Source of the DNA: Deltaproteobacteria bacterium
GTDB lineage: Bacteria; Desulfobacterota; DSM-4660; Desulfatiglandales; HGW-15
Assembly: GCA_019310525.1 (NCBI GenBank)
Contig: JAFDEE010000019.1
Coordinates: 64,898 to 128,897 of the forward strand
DNA: 64,000 bases
Direction: 5' to 3'
How positions within the stretch are numbered: the stretch's first letter is position 1; each line of letters starts with the position of its first letter. The position numbers and the translations under genes are program-made. Of the stretch, positions 45,793 through 55,274 are shown one piece after another. Under the pieces are notes generated by a model, which was not told where the DNA came from, did not search any database, and saw only the letters and a program-made list of their open reading frames with translations.

Positions 45793-47253
45793 ATGTCTCA
45801 TAATTCAGTCGAAGGCCCCAAGGATTCCTTGGAAAGCTTTGCAGATCTTCTTGATTCTTATGGTCCGGGTTCCCAAGAGGATTTTCGGATCGGCGACAAA
45901 GTCAAAGGGAAAGTCATCTCGATCGGTAAAGAACGGATCTATATCGATACGGGAACAAAGATCGACGGATTTGTGGAAAAGGAAGCCTTTCTGGACGATT
46001 CCGGTCAATTGACCCTTGAAGTGGGAGACAGTGTGGAACTTTACGTGGCCGCTTACAGTGGAGACGAAATTACCCTGGTAAGAGCGCTTACGGGGGGAGG
46101 AGGCCTGGGGCTTCTTAGGAGGGCCTTTGAAAATTCGGTCCCGCTTGAAGGTAAGGTTACGGGGCAAGTGAAGGGAGGGTTCCAGGTGGAGGTCAACCGC
46201 AAACGCGCATTTTGCCCGTTAAGCCAAATGGACCTTCGCTACGTTGAAGACACAGAATCCTACCTTGGAAACACTTATCGCTTCCTTATCACCCGCTTCG
46301 AAGAGAACGGAAGGAATATCGTACTATCCAGACGTAAATTGCTTGAAAAGGAAGGAGCTGAAGAAAGAAAAAAATTCCTGGAAACCCTCCGCCCCGGTGA
46401 CCGAATTCAAGGAAAGGTGACCAGGCTGATGCCTTACGGGGTTTTCGTGGAACTTTTCCCAGGCCTGGAGGGCATGGCCCACATTTCTGAACTCTCATGG
46501 TCTCGGGTGGAGAAACCTGAAGAGGTCACCCGGGTGGGTGATAACGTCGAGGTGATTGTGCTGGACATCGAAAAATCATCAAAAGGAGCCTTTCCCCGGA
46601 TTTCCCTTTCCCTGAAGCAGGTTAGCGGTGATCCTTGGGAGCGGGTGGAAGAGTCCATCCGGGAGGGAGACAGGATAGAGGGAAAGGTTACCAGATGTAC
46701 AAACTTCGGGGCCTTTATCGAGATCACGCCGGGGGTTGAGGGCCTGGTTCATATCAGTGAGATGAGTTACCTGAAAAGGATTCAAAGGCCCGAAGAGGTG
46801 GTGCAAGTCGGACAAAGGGTCCCTGTCCTGGTCAAGGAGATCGACCAGCCCAATCGAAGAATATCCCTGAGCATCAAAGAGGTGGAGGGTGATCCGTGGG
46901 TCGGTATCCAGGAAAGATATACGCCGGGACAGACCCTGGAAGGGATCCTCGATAAGAGAGAGTCGTTCGGAATCTTCATTCAGCTGGAGCCCGGTGTCGT
47001 AGGCCTGATGCCCCAGTCAAAATTGGGGTCTGCACCGGATCCCGCTATCTTGAGCAAGTTGAAACCAGGGGATCCGATCGCGGTCATGATAACGGAAATC
47101 CAAGCGGGACAGCGGAAAATAACCCTTGCCCCGGCTGATTCCAAGGGAGAGAACGATTGGAAACCCTTTGCAGGAAGTAATGCCGGATCCCTCGGCACCC
47201 TCGGAGAAAAACTCCGTCAGGCCATTCAGTCAAAGTCGGGGAAATCGGTGTGA
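45793..47253 (+). CDS. S1 RNA-binding domain protein (ribosomal protein S1-like, five S1 repeats)
   Basis: Five repeats of the G-x-V-x-G-x-V...GxFVxL...G(LM)xHISE pattern. AAGGAG lies 5-6 nt upstream of the ATG at 45793. Confidence 0.8.
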   Translation: MSHNSVEGPKDSLESFADLLDSYGPGSQEDFRIGDKVKGKVISIGKERIYIDTGTKIDGFVEKEAFLDDSGQLTLEVGDSVELYVAAYSGDEITLVRALTGGGGLGLLRRAFENSVPLEGKVTGQVKGGFQVEVNRKRAFCPLSQMDLRYVEDTESYLGNTYRFLITRFEENGRNIVLSRRKLLEKEGAEERKKFLETLRPGDRIQGKVTRLMPYGVFVELFPGLEGMAHISELSWSRVEKPEEVTRVGDNVEVIVLDIEKSSKGAFPRISLSLKQVSGDPWERVEESIREGDRIEGKVTRCTNFGAFIEITPGVEGLVHISEMSYLKRIQRPEEVVQVGQRVPVLVKEIDQPNRRISLSIKEVEGDPWVGIQERYTPGQTLEGILDKRESFGIFIQLEPGVVGLMPQSKLGSAPDPAILSKLKPGDPIAVMITEIQAGQRKITLAPADSKGENDWKPFAGSNAGSLGTLGEKLRQAIQSKSGKSV

Positions 47254-47258
47254 CAGCT

Positions 47259-48503
47259 TCATACTTGAAAAATATCCTCTTCAAGGGGTGTCAGGATTTC
47301 ATAACCTGAATCCGTCACCAGCACGGTATTCTCGATTCCCACCGCTCCTTCTCCCGGGAACACGATCTTTGGTTCAAGAGCAAAGGTCATCCCCTCCTCC
47401 AGGGGATAGTCGTGTTTCTCTGCGAGGAACGGCGGTTCGGAGAGTTCCAATCCGATCCCATGACCGATGAAGCGGCTCTGTAAACCCCGGGGACCGAGAA
47501 AAGTGTCCGCATAACCCATTTTCGCTGCGAGTCCCAGGGCGAGTTCGAAGAGTCGGGCGCAATCCATTCCCGGCCGGGTCTCCGCAAGGACGGCATCATG
47601 TATCTCCCGGCAGGCCCTGTAAGCGTCAACGAATTTTCGGGGCATCCTCCCGATGGAAAACATCCGGGTCTGGTCCGAGAGGTACCCGTGAAAACAGGTG
47701 CCGAAGTCCACCAAAATGGGCTCACGGGCCTTCATCCTCCTTCGGCTCGCCCCTACCGGAAAGATGGGAGACACCCCGAATCCCCCCATAGGAGAATCGG
47801 ATTGACTGACGATGCCTCCCGAAGGGCCGCTCAGGATGTGCCAGGTATAGGCCTCATAGTTCATGCTTCTGACCCGAAGCAGCCCTTCATGGCCGTATTT
47901 CTTGGCGGTCGCCTCCAGCCATCCTCCGAATTCGATTTCCGTCATTCCTTCTCCGAGGATTCCAAGGGCCTCGTGATATGTCTTCCGGGCTATCTCTCCC
48001 GCCTCCTTCATGAGGCGAACCTCAAAGGGTGATTTTCTCCGCCTCACTTTTTTGATGATTCCGGAGGCGTCCCTGATCTCGCAACCCTGAAAAATGCTTG
48101 TATAGTACCGGAAGTCCCGGACCGGCAGTACATCCAGTTCGATTCCGAGACTCCCCGGAAGGTATCCAAGGTGTTCTTGAATCATGGACGGCAATTCCCT
48201 GAGGGACACCATCTCAACGATTCTATCCAGTGGAGACTCCACCCTGCTCCGTTCCACTTCCCTGCGAACGGCGAGGAGCGGGGCCCCATGGACGGGCACC
48301 AGCAGGATGGCATCCTGTGCGGTTCCGGAGAAATAGAAAAGGTCGATTTTTTGAACGACCAGCACGGCTTCCAGATTCTCCCTCAACATTTCCCGCCGCA
48401 GCCTCTCAAGACGCAGGGAGATCTCCTCCAGTGGTGTAAAGACAAACCCCAAGGATCGTGCCATTTCTTCCAAGTGATTCCTGATCCATTCTGCGTAATT
48501 CAT
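47259..48503 (-). CDS. M24-family metallopeptidase (Xaa-Pro aminopeptidase/dipeptidase)
   Basis: DFGTCFHGYLSD, HGIGLELSEPP and ALEP...GAVGIENTVLV pita-bread motifs. The N-terminal 48 codons of the ORF-track call are not protein-like. Confidence 0.8.
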   Translation of the reverse strand: MNYAEWIRNHLEEMARSLGFVFTPLEEISLRLERLRREMLRENLEAVLVVQKIDLFYFSGTAQDAILLVPVHGAPLLAVRREVERSRVESPLDRIVEMVSLRELPSMIQEHLGYLPGSLGIELDVLPVRDFRYYTSIFQGCEIRDASGIIKKVRRRKSPFEVRLMKEAGEIARKTYHEALGILGEGMTEIEFGGWLEATAKKYGHEGLLRVRSMNYEAYTWHILSGPSGGIVSQSDSPMGGFGVSPIFPVGASRRRMKAREPILVDFGTCFHGYLSDQTRMFSIGRMPRKFVDAYRACREIHDAVLAETRPGMDCARLFELALGLAAKMGYADTFLGPRGLQSRFIGHGIGLELSEPPFLAEKHDYPLEEGMTFALEPKIVFPGEGAVGIENTVLVTDSGYEILTPLEEDIFQV

Positions 48504-48735
48504 CACGTTTCCTTTCCCGTGGTAAAAACCTGAGGCGGCCTGGGGTTCCCCTGGATCCCTCGGCCTTCGAGGTTCCGGCATTGTACGGGGGAGGCACTCA
48601 ATTTTCAAGCGCTCTTCCTCTGTGGATATATCCGTCTTTTTCCTCAAGCCCCACCTAGGGCTTCGGATTGACAGCCCAGAATAGGTATCCTATTCTTTCT
48701 TTTCTGGCAGATGCAGATTCTGGAAGGTATGGAAA

Positions 48736-49392
48736 ATGATTCTTAAGCGGCTTGAGGTAGGAAGTCTTTCTGTCAATTGCTATATCGTGGGAGATGAAGC
48801 TGTCGGAGAAGCCGCGGTATTTGATCCCGGGGGGGATGTGGAAACAATCCTCAGGGTCCTTTCCGAGCATGAACTCCGCGTTAGATACATTCTCAACACC
48901 CACTCCCACTTTGACCACGTGGGGGGAAACCAGGCCCTCAAAATAGCCACGGGCGCCCCGATTCTCATACATCGGGATGAGGGGCCCTGGCTTCAAAAGG
49001 CCGACGAGAGGGCGGCCCTTTTTGGATTTTCAGCGGAAAAGTCCAAGGCAGACCGGTATCTTGAAGAAGGAGACTCCCTCCGGGTGGGTTCCATCCGTTT
49101 CGATGTCATGGAACTGAGGGGGCATTCTTATGTAGGGCTCGGGTATCTTTTCGAGGGAGATATGAATCCAGGAGAAGATTCAGGCCATAGAAAGATATTG
49201 ATCTGCGGGGATATCCTGTTTTCCGGAAGCATCGGGAGAACCGATTTTCCCGGGGGGAACCTGGAAGTTCTCTTGGAAAATATCCGTACCAAGATTTTTA
49301 CTCTCCCTGACGATACCCTCATCCTCCCTGGTCATGGACCCATGACAACGGTAGGCCGCGAGCGACGTTTCAATCCGTTTGTTCGAGACTGA
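48736..49392 (+). CDS. MBL-fold hydrolase (glyoxalase II-like), paralogue of 19884-20462
   Basis: SVNCYIVGDE, THSHFDH and GRTDFPGGN. Confidence 0.8.
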   Translation: MILKRLEVGSLSVNCYIVGDEAVGEAAVFDPGGDVETILRVLSEHELRVRYILNTHSHFDHVGGNQALKIATGAPILIHRDEGPWLQKADERAALFGFSAEKSKADRYLEEGDSLRVGSIRFDVMELRGHSYVGLGYLFEGDMNPGEDSGHRKILICGDILFSGSIGRTDFPGGNLEVLLENIRTKIFTLPDDTLILPGHGPMTTVGRERRFNPFVRD

Positions 49393-49407
49393 ACAAAGGT
49401 CATCCCC

Positions 49408-50436
49408 TTAATCTGCGACCACTTCCCGGAGTACGGACAAGTTTTCGAGGATTTTCCCTGCCCCCCTTGCCACCGCCAGCTGGGGTTCCTCGGTGATATG
49501 GACAGGAAGCTTCGTCTCTTCCTTTAATAAGGTTCCCAGATTACGCAATAGGGCGCCCCCGCCCGTCAACATGATTCCCTTGTCCAGAATGTCCGCTGAA
49601 AGTTCCGGCGGCATCTGTTCAAGGGCGCTCCGTATTGTTTGGCAGATGGAATTGATTTCCTCTGATATCATTTCCCGCACTTCCGCTGAATCCAATTCCA
49701 AGATTCTGGGAATTCCAGAGACGAGGTCCCGCCCCCTTATCTCGGCCTTTCTTCCTTCGCCGTCGGGATATGCGCTGCCAAGACGGATCTTCAATTTTTC
49801 AGCGCTTTCCACCCCGATGAGAAAATTGTAATTTCTATTGATATACTGTTCGATGGCCTCGTCCATTCGGTCCCCGGCGATTCTTACAGACTTGCTGTAA
49901 ACAATACCCCCAAGGGAAATAACGGCGACCTCCGTTGTCCCCCCACCAATATCCACAACCATGTTCCCCGTGGGTTCGGTAACTGGAAGCCCGGCTCCAA
50001 TGGCCGCGGCCATGGGCTCTTCCACAAGGTGAACCTCGCTTGCTCCCGCCGAGCGGGCACACTCCCGGACCGCCTTCCTTTCAACAGGGGTGACACCGAC
50101 AGGGACACCTATTACAACTCGAGGTCTACCCAAAAACTTCCCGCGACGAAGCTTACCCATAAAATAGCGCAGCATGGTTTCAGCAAGCTCAAAATGGGCT
50201 ATCACCCCGTCTCTCATGGGACGAATGGCCTCGATACCCTCGGGGGTTCTCCCCAGCATCATCTTGGCTTCGCGCCCCACCCGCAGAATGAGGTCCGTTC
50301 CGTCTTCTCCCCTTTTCACGGCCACCACGGAAGGTTCATTCAACACGATTCCCCTTCCCTTGGCGTAAATGATAGTGTTGGACGTTCCAAGATCGATCGC
50401 CAGGTCATTTGAAAATTTACCCACTAAAGAGACCAC
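49408..50436 (-). CDS. mreB: Rod shape-determining protein MreB
   Basis: DLAIDLGTSNTIIY, VIGVPVGVTPVERKA and DIGGGTTEVAVISLGGIV. Confidence 0.95.
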   Translation of the reverse strand: MVSLVGKFSNDLAIDLGTSNTIIYAKGRGIVLNEPSVVAVKRGEDGTDLILRVGREAKMMLGRTPEGIEAIRPMRDGVIAHFELAETMLRYFMGKLRRGKFLGRPRVVIGVPVGVTPVERKAVRECARSAGASEVHLVEEPMAAAIGAGLPVTEPTGNMVVDIGGGTTEVAVISLGGIVYSKSVRIAGDRMDEAIEQYINRNYNFLIGVESAEKLKIRLGSAYPDGEGRKAEIRGRDLVSGIPRILELDSAEVREMISEEINSICQTIRSALEQMPPELSADILDKGIMLTGGGALLRNLGTLLKEETKLPVHITEEPQLAVARGAGKILENLSVLREVVAD

Positions 50437-50629
50437 AATTCCGTTCCGTCCATGTCTCGATGGAAGTTATGACCTAGACTATTATAAAAAGCCACTACCC
50501 TTGGCAAACAAAAAACAGCAAGGCTCTCCCTTTTCCCCTCCCGCGCTTTGCTCGTCACCCGGGAAAAGCAGGGGAAAAAGAAAAGGGCAGACGCTCATAC
50601 AGGTAACATTCTAAGATTCCCTTACCTCC

Positions 50630-50655
50630 AAAAAAAACCCCGGGCGTGCCCGGGG
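50630..50655 (-). terminator. Intrinsic terminator (minus strand)
   Basis: The minus strand reads CCCCGGGC-ACG-CCCGGGG followed by eight T residues. Confidence 0.7.
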
Positions 50656-50907
50656 GCTCCAGGTGTGCCGTTGCTAGTTTTCTTTACTCTTTCCTCCTAA
50701 CAACAGGAAGGAACGCAAAAATTGCAACGAACACCCCAGAAATCGACTCGCTTCGATATACTTTATTGCTGTATCCTCAACATTCCCTGTAAAGAGAATG
50801 TCTGCTTCAACGATGTCTTGGGGTCCATGTATTCAGGAGCGGTCGGGGTATTTCTTCGGGAACAACGCATCTCCCCTCCCCCTGATCGCTCGGGGTACTA
50901 TGACATG
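50630..50907 (-). ncRNA. Candidate small RNA or leader of about 280 nt (promoter to terminator, no credible ORF)
   Basis: Bounded by the promoter at 50914-50941 and the terminator at 50630-50655. Internal hairpins include ACAUUC...GAAUGU and UUCCUUCCU...AGGAGGAA. The longest minus-strand ORF is 35 aa with no recognisable similarity. Confidence 0.35.
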
Positions 50908-50913
50908 TTCTTT

Positions 50914-50941
50914 ATCATAAAGTTATGGAACTATTTGTCAA
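50914..50941 (-). promoter_or_regulatory. Sigma-70-type promoter (minus strand)
   Basis: TTGACA (50936-50941), a 16-bp spacer and TATGAT (50914-50919). It lies about 40 nt downstream of the UPF0182 stop codon. Confidence 0.5.
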
Positions 50942-50980
50942 ATAAATAGTCATCTACAGAGAATTTTTCTCAGGCCCTCA

Positions 50981-53851
50981 TCAATTTTCCCGGGATTTCT
51001 GGCCGGACATGTCTTTCAAGATTTTTTCCAAGTATTCGAGTTCTCTCCCAAAGCCTGCCCAGTCGCCGTTTTGCAGATTTTTCTTGGCACGGCGGTAATG
51101 TTCGAGGGCGGATTCAGCGAGTCCGCCAACATCGCCCCGTGTTGTCGTCGATGGATGCAAGGTTCCACGATCTTCCGCTCCCGATGTCACCCTGATCAGC
51201 TTGGCAAGGGCCTTTTCCAAATCCTCTTCCATCACTACCCGATTTCCCAGGGCAGCGATTACTCTCTTCAGTTCCGGAAGGGCGGCGGCGCCTTTCCCCT
51301 CTGTGGGGGATCGGGTGATCCCATCCTTGCTCCTCCTCGCCTGTCCTTTTTTCAATCGGGTCCTTTGATTGCTGGCTGGTGCAGTTTCCTCCCTTTCCTG
51401 CTTTGCCTCTAAATAGACCGGTTCGATGTAAAGGAAGGTGTTACGGATCGGAATGGCAAGCATGTTCCCCCTGATCACCCTGGAGCCCCTTTGATCCCAG
51501 AGGCTCAACTCACGCGAAATGTCGGTCTGTTGGTCGATCCTCGCCTCAATCTGCATGGGACCATAGACAAGCTTCTCTTTGGGTAACTTGTACACGACAA
51601 GATTACCGTAATTCGGCATGTCACTCCTGGCGGCAAGCCACCCGATCATGTTGTCCTTTTTTGAAGGTGTGAAAGGAAGCATTAGCAAGAATTCTTCCCT
51701 CTTCTCACCTGGGAGCGAAATGATGATGTAGTAAGGTTTCATTTTCCGACGGATTCCACCGTAAATTTCATCAGGGACCTGCCACAAATCCTCTTGATTG
51801 TAAAAAACCTGGATATCCTGCATGTGGTAGATTCCATAGGTTTCGGCCTGCAGCTCGAACAGGTCCCTGGGATAGCGGAGATGCCCTTTGATCTCGTCCG
51901 GCATCTCAGAGAGCGGTTTGAACAGACCGGGGAAGATACGTTCATATGTGTTGAGGATGGGGTCCTTTTCATCCATCTTGAAAAATTGAACCCTCCCGTT
52001 ATAGGCGTCGATAACAACCTTTACCGAATTGCGGATGTAATTGACGCCCTTATTCCCGAAATGAGAATAAGAACGATGGGAATAAGGATACATGTCGGAT
52101 GTGGTGTAGGCATCCAGGATCCAGAAAAGCCTCCCGCCTGCTATCACCAGATAGGGATCCCGATCATACTCCAGAAATGGAGCGATGGCCCTCACCCTGC
52201 GCTCAATCTTCCTATTGTATAAGATCCTGCTCTCGGGAGTGAGGTAATTTGTGAAAAAGATCTGGGGATCTTTGAACTCAATGGCATATACCAGCCTTCT
52301 CAAAACACCGGTTAATGGAACCCCGCCCTTTCCCACGTAAGTGGCGTAAACATTCCTGTCTCCTTTAGGATAATCGAACTCCTTCGCCTTTGTATTGACC
52401 AGAACATATTCGTCAGTCCTTTCGCCGAAGTAGATCTCAGGCCTTGTGATTTCCAGCTCCGGCACGCCTTCAGGAGGAAGATCCTTGATGAGGAGGCGGG
52501 GAAGTCCCTCCCTGGTTACTTCATTGACCGGACTCGTCGCCACCCCATATCCATGGGTATAGATGAGATGGCGATTGACCCAGGTATTCGCTTGGGGAGG
52601 AAGTTTATCGACCAGCAACTCCCTGGCCGCCAGCATAACTTGTCTGTAATGACCACCCACTGTATATCGATCCACGTCGACGTTATTGAAATCATAGTAA
52701 AGCCGAATGGATTGGATCTGGCGGTAGGTCTGGAGCAAAGGGCGTTCATCCCATATACGGATGTTTTCAACGGTTCCCCTATAACGCCTGAGATCCTCTC
52801 TTTCGAGCCGGTTATCGACAGGAAAACGGACCTCCCTGATTTTTTCGAGATCATATCCTTTTCGGGTGAATGCGATGTTGTAACCGATATAGGTCCCTTC
52901 CTTGACGAGTTCGTTGGGCTTGACCACGAACTTCTGGACCATTCCCGGGATCACGGTGCCCAAAACAAATACGGCCGCCAACCATCCTATACCAGCCTTC
53001 CAAAGGAATTTTCGGCTCGACCTGTAAGCGGATGACAAGAAAAGGATACCGGTTGCCAGGGTCAGGATGATGATGACTCGGTAGGCCGGCATCCTGACAT
53101 GAACATCAGTATAGCTGGCTCCGAAGGCGGGTCCCTTTGTGGAATAGAGAAGCCCGGGAACCTTAAGCTGATATCCCCAGGCGATGAGCAGGAGCAGGAT
53201 TCCGCAGATGAAAAGAAGGTGCTTCGCAGCACTGGGAGCAATCCTGATTCTGGGTATTCCAACGGACTTACCGGTATGCTCCACCGGTTCTTCAACAATC
53301 TGGAGTACTCCGTCTTTGAGGTACCACATGGCCGAAAGAAGGCCTGAAAAACCCACGATGAGCAAAAGGCCATACTGTAGTGTCAGATAAAAGGGCAAGG
53401 AGAAAACATAGAATCCTATATCTCTGCCGAAGACCGGATCCTTGATATCAAAGGGCTGTTGATAAAAATAGGATAAGACCATGGGCCATTGCTTGGCTCC
53501 CTTTGTGGCGATGATCAAACTGGCGACCAGTACCAGCACCAGGATCAGGGTATCCAGGGTCTTGCCCGAGAGGGGGTGTTGGGAGAAGCCTTCAACCGTG
53601 TTTTTGACCGGTTCTTTGTATTCGTTCTTTGAACTGATGGCCTTGGCAATTTTGAGGTTTATGAAGATAATCCCCAGAAAAGCGATCCAGATGGCGGCTC
53701 CAAACCCAGTCTTGCCCAGGGCGGAGGGCCAGAATACGGAGGTGTAACGGAGATTGTTGAACCACAGCCAGTCCGGATAAAATGAGGCCACGACCCACAG
53801 TATGAAAAACAAGAGGAGGCCTGCCCCCAGGAGCACCTTTTTTTTCATCAT
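50981..53851 (-). CDS. UPF0182 family membrane protein
   Basis: 956 aa with an N-terminal multi-TM region (YPDWLWFNNLRY...) and a large C-terminal soluble part with YNRKIERRV...PYLV...LFWILDAYTTSDMYPYS, characteristic of UPF0182. Confidence 0.8.
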   Translation of the reverse strand: MMKKKVLLGAGLLLFFILWVVASFYPDWLWFNNLRYTSVFWPSALGKTGFGAAIWIAFLGIIFINLKIAKAISSKNEYKEPVKNTVEGFSQHPLSGKTLDTLILVLVLVASLIIATKGAKQWPMVLSYFYQQPFDIKDPVFGRDIGFYVFSLPFYLTLQYGLLLIVGFSGLLSAMWYLKDGVLQIVEEPVEHTGKSVGIPRIRIAPSAAKHLLFICGILLLLIAWGYQLKVPGLLYSTKGPAFGASYTDVHVRMPAYRVIIILTLATGILFLSSAYRSSRKFLWKAGIGWLAAVFVLGTVIPGMVQKFVVKPNELVKEGTYIGYNIAFTRKGYDLEKIREVRFPVDNRLEREDLRRYRGTVENIRIWDERPLLQTYRQIQSIRLYYDFNNVDVDRYTVGGHYRQVMLAARELLVDKLPPQANTWVNRHLIYTHGYGVATSPVNEVTREGLPRLLIKDLPPEGVPELEITRPEIYFGERTDEYVLVNTKAKEFDYPKGDRNVYATYVGKGGVPLTGVLRRLVYAIEFKDPQIFFTNYLTPESRILYNRKIERRVRAIAPFLEYDRDPYLVIAGGRLFWILDAYTTSDMYPYSHRSYSHFGNKGVNYIRNSVKVVIDAYNGRVQFFKMDEKDPILNTYERIFPGLFKPLSEMPDEIKGHLRYPRDLFELQAETYGIYHMQDIQVFYNQEDLWQVPDEIYGGIRRKMKPYYIIISLPGEKREEFLLMLPFTPSKKDNMIGWLAARSDMPNYGNLVVYKLPKEKLVYGPMQIEARIDQQTDISRELSLWDQRGSRVIRGNMLAIPIRNTFLYIEPVYLEAKQEREETAPASNQRTRLKKGQARRSKDGITRSPTEGKGAAALPELKRVIAALGNRVVMEEDLEKALAKLIRVTSGAEDRGTLHPSTTTRGDVGGLAESALEHYRRAKKNLQNGDWAGFGRELEYLEKILKDMSGQKSREN

Positions 53852-54095
53852 GATATCTCCCTATGTTTTAAATATCATTGTTGCCGCCCTGAAACGATAT
53901 TATGAACCCGCTGTCCGAAAGAGTGATCATAGGGCCGGAAGTTGTTTTTCGCAAGGTTTTTCGCGGATCGAAAAAGATGCCGGCAAGCCTCGTACTTCTT
54001 TGATCCCTCCATTGCCTGGTTTCAAGGAGTCGAAGCATCAACCTATATTCAAGTTTTTATAGAGACATGCCGATATTTCAAAACGAGAAACCATC

Positions 54096-54191
54096 AAGCG
54101 GCTGAAGGGCAAACCATCCGAAAGGGTGGGACGCAAAGCCAACGGCCTAAATCAGTCTCATGGCTGACAGGGCGGCGGGGTTGCTAGGCTG
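54096..54191 (+). promoter_or_regulatory. Cyclic-di-GMP-I (GEMM-I) riboswitch aptamer
   Basis: GAAGGGCAAACCATCCGAAAGGGTGGGACGCAAAGCCAACGGCCTAAA...GGCGGCGGGGTTGC matches the conserved core of the Vibrio cholerae Vc2 aptamer (GGGCAAACCAUUCGAAAGAGUGGGACGCAAAGCCUCCGGCCUAAA...GCGGGGUUACC) almost base for base. Confidence 0.8.
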
Positions 54192-54207
54192 ATAAGACAA
54201 GACCTGC

Positions 54208-54249
54208 AAAGGGCCCCGAGTCGCTGTTGAAACGGGGCCTTTTACTTTT
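54208..54249 (+). terminator. Intrinsic terminator (probable riboswitch expression platform)
   Basis: AAAGGGCCCCG (54208-54218) pairs with CGGGGCCTTT (54233-54242), followed by a T-rich tract. It lies 17 nt after the aptamer. Confidence 0.65.
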
Positions 54250-54390
54250 GGATGTCATCCCTCTGACCCACCCCTTTGGCTTTTTTTCTGAACAGACCCG
54301 TTCGATCGCCGCTATTTGGGAAATGGTTTCAATGGTATATGCAGGGATCGATTCCAGGAATCAAAATCATAAATGAAAGGGGGGCTTTGA

Positions 54391-54654
54391 ATGTTTATTG
54401 ATTCATTGACGGGTATCATTCCGCCCCAGTCCTTGGAAATCAAAATCGACAAGAAAAAGGATGTTGAAGAACCCAAACCCATAAAGGGATCCCATAGGAG
54501 TGACGACGCCCGACTGGAGATGGCTAAACAGGATATCGCCAAAAAAAACAGCGGGATCCAGAAAATTCCTGAGGGAGATTCCCATCCCGGTTTGAATGCC
54601 CTCTCCCAAAAATCGGGATCCGGCATCAATCGTAAACTGGATGTGGTTGTGTGA
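54391..54654 (+). CDS. 87-aa hydrophilic protein, unknown function, downstream of the c-di-GMP riboswitch
   Basis: AGGGGGG lies 7 nt upstream of the ATG. The composition is lysine/glutamate-rich. The overlapping 105-aa minus-strand ORF looks like an antisense artefact. Confidence 0.45.
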   Translation: MFIDSLTGIIPPQSLEIKIDKKKDVEEPKPIKGSHRSDDARLEMAKQDIAKKNSGIQKIPEGDSHPGLNALSQKSGSGINRKLDVVV

Positions 54655-54728
54655 TAAAGACCCCGGGGAGAGGCTGGGTATCTAAGGATACTGCAAGGAT
54701 CCCGCCAGGTCCCTGATCCCCTTGAAAA

Positions 54729-55220
54729 TCAAGAACATGGCAGGTCTTCAAACCGGTTGAGTTCGAAATTCTTTCTCACCTTCTCCGGATCAAAAATGCG
54801 TCCGTTCATCGCGATGTAGACCCCGGGAGGAAGGCACTGGACTGCACCGATTGCACATCCGATATTGAATTCCGCATCGCTTGACTTGAATCGCGCCGGC
54901 TGGATGGATCCGGTAAGGACGATCACCTTGTCCGTGATGGCCCGGAGCGTCTTCGCCGTCTCGATCATGGTATCCGTTCCATGGGTGACGACCACACGGT
55001 TGCAATCGTCCCGTCGAATGGTGTCCAGGATCAACCGGCGATCTTCCTCGTTCATGTCCAGGCTGTCCTTCTGCATGATGGAAACCACCTCGTATTCAAA
55101 GTTGACCCTTGCCTCAGCAAGGACATCCATGACCTTTGGGTTTCCCACCTGGTAGACACTTTTCTGGTCGAAGTAAACCTTATCGATCGTGCCGCCTGTC
55201 GTAAATATCTTGATCTTCAC
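54729..55220 (-). CDS. Short asparaginase-domain protein
   Basis: KIFTTGGTIDK and VVTHGTDTM motifs of the asparaginase/glutaminase N-terminal domain. Only 163 aa. Confidence 0.75.
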   Translation of the reverse strand: MKIKIFTTGGTIDKVYFDQKSVYQVGNPKVMDVLAEARVNFEYEVVSIMQKDSLDMNEEDRRLILDTIRRDDCNRVVVTHGTDTMIETAKTLRAITDKVIVLTGSIQPARFKSSDAEFNIGCAIGAVQCLPPGVYIAMNGRIFDPEKVRKNFELNRFEDLPCS

Positions 55221-55274
55221 GGTGTCTTCCCCCTTGCAAATCTACAAGAACCCTGGTTTCAATTCGCAGGCCCC

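Noticed and set aside
47829-47844. Sigma-54-like CTGGCACATCCTGAGC on the minus strand
   Set aside because: The GG-N10-GC spacing is correct, but the -12 box is GAGC rather than TTGC. The site lies inside the M24 peptidase coding sequence with no downstream gene start.
50630-50907. Assignment of the orphan transcript to 6S RNA, SRP RNA, RNase P RNA or tmRNA (the same was considered for 17744-18236)
   Set aside because: The universally conserved strings I know are absent: the GGAAGCAGCC-type SRP domain IV, GAGGAAAGUCCGG of RNase P, and the tmRNA tRNA-like ends. 6S RNA cannot be excluded or confirmed without a covariance model.
50722-50949. 75-aa plus-strand ORF in the UPF0182-mreB gap
   Set aside because: It has no RBS, an implausible composition, and an orientation opposite to the promoter/terminator pair that brackets the region.
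54312-54629. 105-aa minus-strand ORF overlapping the riboswitch-controlled ORF
   Set aside because: Its Trp/Phe/Ser/Leu-rich composition is typical of the antisense frame of a Lys/Glu-rich gene. It has no RBS, and its orientation is opposite to the riboswitch and terminator.
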